64,000 bases of DNA from Lama guanicoe (lineage: Eukaryota). The stretch is from NCBI GenBank assembly GCA_013239625.1, contig MU054400.1, positions 3,479,032-3,543,031 of the forward strand, in the 5' to 3' direction. The notes below the pieces were generated by a model, which saw nothing but the letters and a program-made list of their open reading frames with translations, was not told the origin of the DNA and ran no database searches. Each line of letters opens with the position of its first letter. Position 1 is the stretch's first letter. Positions 54,056 to 64,000 of this stretch are shown piece by piece. The translations under genes were made by a program, and so were the position numbers.

Positions 54056-54914
54056 GTTATATCGTCTTACTCCCCGTGTAGGCTGTATGTCCCTTAGGGG
54101 CGAAGACTTTATCTGTCTCAGTCACCGTTGTATACGCTGATATCCGCCCAGTGCCTGTTACGTGGTAAGTGCTCAATAAACGTGTGTGACATGATTCATT
54201 CGGCTCCAACTTTGAGTAGTGTGAATTCCAGTGTTGCAAGCAGTATGTAAATAAGGTGAGCTGTATTCGTTCAGGTCCTGGCAGGAAATTGCTTCAGATG
54301 TTTTAACTGAGGAGGGTTTAACGAGGGGACTGTTTAAAGAGTTCCTTCACAAACGGGCCAAGCAAGAGAAGCTGGGGCATCTAGAGCTTGCAGCGGTGGG
54401 AATCCCTTACCATGCCTAGGGCTGAAGGGAAAGGAAGAGGAAATAGTGTCATTAGAACTGAAGGAGAGCAGAGCTAGGGAGGAGGGGCTGTCCTGCAAGA
54501 GCTGGAGCTGTGGCAGGAAGCTGCCACTGTCAAAACCACGGTGCCCCAGTAGAGAGAAATGGTGGAATTAATACCCTGGCCTCTATCTCCGCCCCACAAC
54601 CCTGGCAAAACTTAACCAGAAGTCAGTCTATAAAGGCGCCTCCAGGAACATGGACAAAGGCAAGAGAGTGGATCTTGAATCGGCAAATGGAGAGCAACTA
54701 GCACAAATACAAAACAAGATTCTCTTGTGAGATAAAGAAAATAGACCACAGAAAAGAGGAAGGAAGTCAAATATGACAAATCTTCAAATCAAGTGTCAGT
54801 GCTGCTGCACGTCCCTCTCGGGTTTTTTTTTTTTTTTTTCTCCTTGTAATAGGTATGTTCCTCTTCATTTTTGCCAGTTCAGGCTTATCATTGCCCTCAT
54901 CTTGCTAATGTTGT

Positions 54915-56678
54915 CTTTCCATTTAAGTATTTTCTTACTCAAGTGTAATTGACATACAATATCATATTAGTTTCAGGTGTACATCCTCGTGATTTGATAT
55001 TTAGATACATTTCAAAATGGTCACAACAATCCCTAGTTACCATCTGTCACCATCAAAGTTATATTGACTATATTCCCTGTGCAACCACCAGTTTGTTCTC
55101 TGTATCTGTGACTCTGTTTCTCCATTTCTGTGGATCTAGTTCTGTTTGTTTTGTGTTTTAGATTCCACGTATGTGTGAAATCACATGGTAAATATCTTTC
55201 TCTGTCTGACTTCTTTCACTTAGCATAATAGCCTCTAGGTCCATCCATGTTGGTGCAAATGGCAAGGTTCCATTCTTTGTTATGGCTGAATAATAGGCAG
55301 AGAATATATACACACACATCACATCTTTTTCCATTCATCTATCAACAGATACTTAGGTACAGTACACAAGGGTTCCCTTTTCTCCATGTTCTTGCCAAAA
55401 CTTGTTATTCTTTGTCTTTTTGATAATTGCCATTCTGAAAGGTGTAATGATGTTGTGCATCTTTTTATGTGCCTATTGACCATCTGCATGTCTTCTTTTG
55501 AAAAATGTCTGTTTGGATTCTCTGCCCATTTCTAAATCAGGTGGGGTTTTTTATGTTAAGTTGTATATATTCTTTAGCTATTTTAGATATAAACCCCTTA
55601 TCGAATATATGACTTGCATATATCTTCTCCCATTCAGTACGCTGCCTTTTCATTTTTGTTGATGACTTCCTTAGCTGTGCAGAAGTTTTTTAGTTTGATG
55701 TAATCTCATCCATCTATTTTTGCTTTTGTTGCCCTTGCCTGAGGAGACAGTCAAAAAAATCATCGCTAAGACTAGTGTCAAAGAGCTTATTGCCTGTGTT
55801 TTCTTCTAGGAGTTTTATGGTTTCACATCGTACATTCAAGTCTTCAATCCACTTTTTAATTTATTTTTGTATATAGTGTAAGACAGTGGTCCAGTTTCAT
55901 TCTTTGGATGTATTTGTCCAGTTTTCTCAACATCATTTATTGAAGATATTGCCTTTTCTCCATTGTATATTTTAACCTCCTTTGTCATAGATTAATTAAC
56001 TATATAAGCATGGGTTCATTTATGAGCCCCAGTTTGTTCCATTAGTCAATGTGTCTATTTTCATGCCAGTAGGTTTTCATGCCATACTGTTTTGATTACT
56101 AGAGCTTTGTAGTATAGTTTAAAATCAGCACGCATGATACTGCAAGCTTTGTTCTTCCTTCTTAAGGTTGTTCTGGTTGTTTGGGGGTCTTTTGTGGTTC
56201 CATACAAATTTTAAGATTCTTTTTTCCAAGTTTATGAAAAATGCCATTGGTACTTTGATAAGGATTGCATTGACTCTGTAGATTGCTTTGGGTAGTATAG
56301 GCATTTTAACAATATTAATCCTTCAAATTCATGAGCACACTATATCTTATCATTCATTTGTGTCCTCTTCAGTTTTTTTCATCAATGTCTTTTAACTTTC
56401 AGAGTACAGGTTTTTTGCCTACTTGATTAAATTTATTCTGATATATTTTTTTAATGCAGTTGTTAATAGGATTGTTTTCTGAATTTTCTTCTGATAGCTT
56501 GTTATTAGTGGATGGAAATGCAACCAATTTCAGTATATTAATTTTGTATCCTGCAATTGTATTAAATTCATTTATTACTTCTAATAGTTTTATGGTGGAA
56601 TCTTTAGGAATTTCTTTATATAGTATCATGTCATCCATAAACTGTGACCTTTTACTTCTTCCTTTTTAATTTGGGTGC

Positions 56679-56764
<86 letters not shown>

Positions 56765-59700
56765 CCTAATTTTGTGGCTAGGACTTCGAACACTGTATTG
56801 AATAAAAGTGGTGATAGTGGCATTCTTGTCTTGTTCCTGGTCTTAGAAGAGAAGCTTTCAGCTTTTTACCATTGAGTATGCTTTTTGCTGTGGGTTTGTC
56901 ATGTATGGCTTTCATTATGTTGAGACATGCTCCTTCTGTACCCATTTTGTTGAGTTTTTAAATCATACATTGATGTTAAATTTTGTCAGTGTTTCTGCAT
57001 ATATAAGAGGATCATATGATTTTTATTTTGTTAATGTTATGTGTACTGTTCATTGATTTGTGGGTACTGAAAAATCTTCCTCACATCCCTGTAATAAATT
57101 CCACTTGATCATGGTGTATGATCTTTTTAATGTATTGTTGAATTTAGTTTGATAACATTTTGTTGAGAATTTTTGCATCTGTGTTCATCAGGGATATTGT
57201 CCTGTAATTTTCTTTTTTTGTCTGGTTTTGGTTTCAGGGTATTGCTAGCCTCATAAAATAAATTTGGAAGCATTTTTTCCTCTTCAGTTTTTCAGAGTAA
57301 TCTGAGAAAGAGAGGTATGAACTCTCCTTTAAATGTTTGGTAAAATTTACCTGTAAAGCAGCCTGGTCCTGCACTTTTATTTGGGGAGTTTTTAAATTGG
57401 TGACTCAATATCATTACTAGTTATTAGTATATTCAGATTTCCTATTTCTTTATGATTCAGCTTTGGAATATTGTGTGTTTCTAGGAATTTATCCATTTCT
57501 TCCACATTGTTCAACTTGTTGGGGTACGATCTTCATAGTAGGCACTTATGATTCCTTGTGTTTCTGTAGTATCAATTGTAACCTCTCCTCTTTTATTTCT
57601 GATTTACCTTTTTCGGCCCTCTTTCTTTCTTCTTTGATGAGTCTGGCTAAATGTTTGTTAATTTTGTTTATGTCTTCAAAGAACCAGCTCTTCATTTCAT
57701 TGATCTTTTCTTTTTTTTTTTAAGCCTCTGTATCATTTATTCCTGCTCTGATATTTGTGATTTCCTTCCTTCTACTAACTTTGAGTTTTGTTTGTTCTTG
57801 TTCTAGTTCCTCTAGCTGTAAATTTAGATTGTTTATTTGAAAATTTCCTAATTTCTTGAGGTAGGCCTGTATCTCTATGAACTTTCATCTTAGAATTGCT
57901 TTTGCTGCATCCCATAGATTTTGGACACTTGTGTTTCTGTTTTTATGTGTCTCTAGATATTTTTTTAATTTCCTTGTTGATCCATTGATTGTTTACTAGC
58001 ATATTGCTTGGCCTCCACTTGTTTGTATTTTTTCTAGTTTTCCTCTTGTAATGATTTCTAGTTTCGTACTATTGTGGTTGGGAAATATGTTTAATATGAT
58101 TTCAACCTTCTTAAATTTATTGAAAATTGTTTTGTGGCATAACATGTGATCTATCCTGGAGAAGATGTTCCATGTGCACTTCAAAAGAATATGTATTCTG
58201 CAGTTTTAATGGGATGTTCTGTGTATGTCTATTATATCTATCTAACCTAATGTGTTTTTTAAGGCTAATGTTTCTTTATTGATTTTCTGCCTGGGTGATT
58301 TATCCATTATTGTAAGTAGGGTATTAAAGTCCCCTACTATTATTGTATTACTGCCAATTTCTCCCTTCATGTCTGTTAATAACCTGCTTTATATTTTGAA
58401 GTGCTCCAATATTTACAAATGTTATATCTTCTTGTTGGATTAACTCTTTCATTATTATGTAATGCCTTCTCTATCTTTTGTTAGTCTTTGTTTTAAAGAC
58501 TATTTTATCTGGTATAAGTATTGCTATGCAGCTTTCTTTTGATTTACATTTGCATGGAATATCTTTTTCTATCCCTTTGCTTTCAGCCTAAGTATGTCTT
58601 TGGATTTGAAGTACCTTCTAGGCAGCATATAGATGGGTCTTGCTTTTTTTTATTATTATTATTCACTCAGCCATTCTACGTCTTTTGATTGGAGAATTTA
58701 GTCCATTTACACTTACAGTAATTATTGATAAATATGTACTTATTGCCATCTTGTTAATTACTTTCTGATTGTTTTCATAATTCTTCTCTGTTCCTTTCTT
58801 CTTACCGTCCCTTTGTGGTTTGATGATTTTCTTTAGTGTTGTGTTTGGGTTCCTTTCTTTTTCTTTTTCTTTTTTTTTTGTATCTATTATAGGTTTTTGG
58901 TTTGTGGTTTTCATGAGGTTCATGTATGCAATCTACATATAAAGCAGTCAATTTTCAGTTGATAGTTGCTTAAGTTCAAATGCATTCTAAAAGCACTACA
59001 CATTTAACACTGATGTTAAATTTTGTCAGTTTTTCTGCATATATTAAGAGGATCATACGACACACATTTTATGTTTGTATATCATAATATACATCTTTTA
59101 ACTTTGTGCATGCCTTAACTTCTTATTGTAGTTATACTTGCTTTTACTACTTTTGTCTTTTAACCTTTATACTAGCTTTATCAGTGATTGAGCCACCATC
59201 TTTACTACAGAATTACCTTTACCAGGGGATTTTTTCTTTCGCATATTTTTAAATTTACAGTTTGGCCTTCTCTTTTCCACTTAAAAGTCTTCATTTTTAA
59301 AAAATTCTTTTTCTTTTTTGCTGTTCTGATTGGGTGATTTCCAGTACCCTGTCTTCCAGATTGCTGGTCCATTCTTCTGTGTTATCCAGTATGCTGTTGG
59401 ATCCCTCTAGGGTATTTTTTTATTTCAGTTATTGTATTCTTCATCCCTGGTTGGTTCCTATATTTTCTAAGTCTTTGTTGAAATTTTCACTATGTTAATC
59501 CATTCTTCTTCCAAGTTTGGTAAGTATTTTAATGACATAACTGAATTCTTTCCTAGCTAGATTACTTATCTCCCTACAGGGTCTTTTTTTTTTCTTTCTT
59601 TCTTTAAGGTTTTGTCTTATTCTTTCATTTACAACATATTTATCTGTTTCCTCATTTTGCTTAGCTCTCTGTGTCTGTTTCTATGTATTAGGACAAACTG

Positions 59701-60170
59701 CCTCATCTCTCAGTCTTGAAGGAGTAGCTTATGTAGGTGATGATCCCTCTCATTCAACCCTGCCCTTGCTCTTGGTTATCTCTCAAACTTTTGTGGCTGT
59801 CTGTACTGCTTGATTTATTCTGAATATTCTCCTGTTGTGGAAGGTGTGCTGTCAGTGTTCCAAGAAGAGGAATCTCATTTGGACAACAGACCTGTAGGTA
59901 GCAGCTTCTAAAGTATACAGTTATGTATAGTCCTGTGGAACTGCAATTGTAATCCTGCTGGCCTCCAGACCAGGAGATCTAGAGGTGTTCCCTGGGCAAG
60001 AGTTACAAAATTTAGGGCTCCTGAAAAGCATATATGCTCCTTTCTCGGGAGTCTTGTCAAGGTATAGTGACACCAAGCAAGTGTACAAGGATAGTGTCTC
60101 CCTGCTTACATTCCCTGGGAGCCAGTAGGTATGTGTCAAACCTAAAGCCTATCCCTCAGGGTGACGCTCC
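54915..60170 (-). mobile_element. Long LINE-1 (about 5.2 kb; 5' region, ORF1 remnant, ORF2 with deletions, 3' UTR)
   Basis: ORF2 start MAISTYLSIITVSVNGLNSPIKR (about 58750), FSRIDHMLCHK, and RT motifs PLSPLLFN and DDMILY. L1 3' end near 54920-54990. Confidence 0.9.
56686..56764. repeat. About 79-nt poly(T) tract with a single G, inside L1 ORF2
   Basis: Seen directly. Confidence 0.95.
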
Positions 60171-60579
60171 AGTGTCATTATGAACTCATGGATTTTAAAC
60201 ATGCTAAGTATTCTTTTGCCTTGCTGTTATCATCTTTATTAGTGCTCAAATGTCTCCATCTCTGGCCAGTGGGAGTCTATTCAAGTTAGTTCTGAGTCTC
60301 TTTATATAACCCTAGTAGTCTTTGGTAATTTTCCTGTTGTCTCGTATTATAAATTATTCCAGCTTCATCCTTTATTTTTCCTGTCCCAAACCTGGAAGCA
60401 GCCATTTCTCCAAGGAGTCCTGGTGCTCTTTCCTCCTCAGTTGAAAATACCTAAAAACAATAACCAACCAGACAGCAATGAGGACCTGTAGTGGCCTCAA
60501 AATAGCACTTTTCAGTAGATCTTGTTTCCAGATCTTTTTTCTTTGTAAGTAGTGACAAGAAATTATGGTAAATGGCAAA

Positions 60580-61020
60580 AAAAAATGGGCACAAGACCCA
60601 CCCCTTCCTACATGCAACATGTCTTTGACTTTGACACTCCTCCCGTTGAGATGTGGATTTATTTCTCTAACTCTAGACTCTGGTCTTGGCCATGATAATA
60701 GGCTTGGCTAATTGACAGCAGCAGAAGTGACAATAACGTAGACTTGAAAAGCACATGTACAGTGGGGGCTTGCTCAGGTACTGCTGGGAGCAAGCCAGGT
60801 TAGCTTCCTTAAGGGTAAAAGACCACATGGAGAGAAACACCCACCATCCTGGCTGTCCCTGCATGTCCCAGACATGCAAAGTATGCTTTCCTACACAATC
60901 CCTCCCCAAGCCAGCTGAACCACCCAGCTAACACACAGTATGATGAGATATACAAACATTTGTTGTTTTAATCCCTTAAGTTTTAGAATAGTTTTAAGCA
61001 ATAAAAGCCAAGTGATACCA
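60580..61020 (+). mobile_element. MaLR (MLT1-like) LTR
   Basis: ttgacactcctcccgttgag, cagcagaagtgaca and tgttgttttaatcccttaagttttagaatag motifs. Confidence 0.65.
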
Positions 61021-61226
61021 AAAAAAAATTTAAAGCTAACATATGTCATGTGTTCACATTAATAATTTAAGCTATAATCTAGTTTTACAGGGCTTTTATT
61101 TAAGCCTTGATCTTTCACTGAGATTTCTTTCTCCTGCTCCAAAAATTCTTTTTTTAAACAAAATGAACATGATTAGTTATTTGTTTCATCTGAAACTACA
61201 CATCTAAAGATCTCAGAATAATGATA

Positions 61227-61424
61227 CAGTCATCCCTTGTTATCCATTGGGGACTGGTTCCAGAAGCCCCCGCAGATACCAAAATCTGCAGATGTCCCTT
61301 ATATAAAATGGCATAATACAATGAATATAGGTGTTTTTCCATAACTGCAGGTTTGCACCTCCAGGTTGAACTAACCACAGTTGAATGCACAAATGCAAAA
61401 CCTGTAGATACTAAGGGCCAACTG
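61227..61424 (+). mobile_element. MER2-like (TcMar-Tigger) non-autonomous element
   Basis: TA-flanked imperfect terminal inverted repeats CAGTCATCCCTTGTTATC and GATACTAAGGGCCAACTG, with internal gataccaaaatctgcagatg. Confidence 0.8.
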
Positions 61425-63687
61425 TACTAATACTACCTCCGTCACAGGTTGGGTTTTCTGGAAGGAGATATTGACATGGAAAGGAAGGGGGAGGAACCAG
61501 AACTGGGCTGAAGCCAGATCAATGTACTGTGATGTAATGTGATCAGGTCCCTCCAAACCTTGGCTGAGCCACAGGATATAGGGGATGGGTAATGACCATC
61601 ACAGATGTCTCATGTCGGACTGAACTGGCTAGACCTTTATATTCCTGTCCTACTTCATCACCAGGGGTGGGCTGCACCAGGAAGGGCATGTGCCAGGCAA
61701 GGTGTCCCTGAACTTGAGGTTAACTGTGAAGGAGCTGTTATCCTAAGGCTGTCCCCTAGCCACACTCCCTTCCCTCAAAGGGACCTCAGTAGCTCTTCTC
61801 CATGTTGGTCTACCACAACCTCCAACAATATGATTACCAAAAATAGTTTAGGATTATGTTTATAGTTCTTTTTGTCCCTAGGGTATATACTTCTAGGTAT
61901 ATGCAATCAAATTACTATATTTTAAAGACGTTTGGAATAATGCCTCTGTCTGTAGTTAATGCTAACAACTGAATCTCTTTTTAAGTTTATTTGTTTATAT
62001 TTTACCTTTTACATTTAATTTTATATTATGATTATGTAAAACATTTATACAATTCTAAAATCAAATATATGAACAAAATGTATTTAAAGAAATCTAATTT
62101 TTTTCTCTGTCCTCACCATATAGGTAACCTATTTTCTTTTAATTTAATGACTTGTCCTGCCATTTTATTGTTGATTTTAAATCACTTCACTAAGCAATTT
62201 TAAATACATCGTTTCATTCGGTAATTAGAGTAATTTTGTTAATTACATTTGCCTAGAACTTCACAGTGTACGGAAATCTTCTTTGATCTATGATTGCATT
62301 GTGTAAAGGGCTTCTAGAAGAGAATGTACCATTAAGTCTCCTTATGGACCTATTCTCAAGTGATGTTCTTCTAAAAGACACGCATTATCCTCTCCTGAAA
62401 ATTATACAGACTTAGGCAATTTGTATTTTTTGCATTCAAGTCATCACATAGGTGTATGCATGCCAGGATATCAGAGCCTTCTGAAAAAATGAAGTACTGT
62501 AGATTAACAGATCTTCTTTCCAAGTGTTGCTTGGCTCAGGCCCCTCTATTCTTTCTTGGTTCCCGTCCAATAGCTAAATTAAATGAACAAGAAATTGTAA
62601 TTCGCTTCCACAATGCAGCATATATGATTTGGAAAGTGGTTGCTAGGTACTTGGAGATACAACAAAAGGCAAGGAAGACCCAATGCCTGACTCCAGAAGC
62701 TAGGAATCAAACAGATTTTTAAGAAGCAAATCCAACAACCCCCCAGCATTTTTGTTCATTGAAGACGATCCTGCTTCACATAGAATTTATATTTTCTAAG
62801 AAGCATCATCATATGAAGACTTTGAATCAGAGTTTGGGGATATTTTTAAATGCTACTGCTTCTTTAGTTCTCTTCAGATTGACTGTGGAAAAAACACCTT
62901 CTGACTTTAGGATCATACCTGTGGTCCTGCAAAACCACACCTACGGGCCTGCAGCATTTCTGTGCCAGGTGATAGCATTAAGTCTCCTTCCAATGTTCCC
63001 ATTGTGAACAGAGCCTAGGAAGAAACAAGCTAAGCATTCTGTCAGAAAGACCTACGTAGTATTTCCACATGGCAGCAGCTGTTTTCTCTCTGAGGCTTTA
63101 GACCAGAATCTCCAGAGAATCTTCTCTAAAACAAAGTGGGTTGGAACAATTTCACAAAGAATCTGTTTAAAAAAATGAATTCACTAAATAATTTTTTACT
63201 TCATGTCTTATTACCAAAACTTCATAATTAGGAAAGAAATGAAAGAAAAGGCAGAATTATTTCACTTTATTTTCCACATTGTCATGCAAAGATCTGCTGC
63301 TGCAAAATTTAGGGTCTGGGGATAGGAAGGTACTTGTTTTTACAAAGGAGGTCATTGCAAATAGACAATTGAAATCAACCCAGATTGCATAATTTTATAA
63401 ACATCCACTTTCTATCTGCTACAGACACAAAAGAAAGAGATGATAATACTAATGCTCTTACCATATGACTAAATACCTTTTGAATTTAGTGAATGCTAAC
63501 CTTGAACTGGACCAGGGATCAGAAAGCTATGGCCAATAGCTAAGTCCAACTCACTGTGTGGATTTAGAATCTTTAAAACTACCATCCTCATTACTATTTC
63601 AGTTTCTTTTGTTATAGCAGCCCAAGCTGACTATGACATCATGTTTCTTTTAAAACTCATTTTAGTATATATTTCATGCATCACGGT

Positions 63688-64000
63688 GTTGGGGAAGAAG
63701 AGCTTTTCCTCTGCTGGTCTAAGAACTAAATTGACATGACACGGATTAATAGAAGGAAATCAAACATTTAATGACGTGTATACAGGGAGAGACCCAGCAA
63801 AACTGCAGCAACTCCTCCAAATGGCTGAAGCCCTCACTTTAAATACCATCTTCGGCTAAAGACAAATGTGGATGTTGGTGGTAGTGGTTTGGGATTTCAA
63901 AGGGAGGAAGGCAATTCTGATGGAGATGAAACGCAAATGTTTGGTAAACAGATGTTTGCCAGGCCATGCAGAGACAATGGGACACAGAGAAGAATTTTAA
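63688..64000 (-). mobile_element. ERV LTR, truncated by the window edge
   Basis: Begins TGTTGGGGAAG and shares motifs with the LTR at 38252-38745. Confidence 0.7.

Noticed and set aside
56626..56875. Poly-Lys and poly-Phe ORFs
   Set aside because: Translation of the poly(T) tract inside a dead L1; tract length may also be an assembly error.

Overview
Mammalian genomic DNA, probably camelid, judging from two tRNA-derived SINEs that resemble my recollection of the camelid Vic-1 family. The left two-thirds holds the 5' part of AGTPBP1 (cytosolic carboxypeptidase 1, CCP1/Nna1) on the minus strand. It has a CpG-island promoter and first exon at about 41.4-42.55 kb and five coding exons (23420-23451, 10835-10959, 5335-5402, 1944-2007, 1390-1536). 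These splice GT-AG in frame to [20 protein letters not shown]...AKIGPK, and the gene continues off the left edge. Two processed pseudogenes are present on the plus strand: UBE2F in intron 1 and FTL upstream of the promoter. The rest is mostly interspersed repeats (L1, L2, MIR, Tigger1, Charlie/hAT, MER2, MER58, ERV/MaLR LTRs) plus one 46-N assembly gap. I found no convincing novel multi-gene system. The most interesting signals are the uORF and alternative N-terminus architecture of AGTPBP1, an apparently exon-skipped UBE2F retrocopy lacking the catalytic cysteine, a CpG-enriched CCAAT-cluster island built from the FTL retrocopy and old repeats, and several locally templated insertions. Gene and repeat family names come from recalled sequences, not database searches, and repeat boundaries are approximate.
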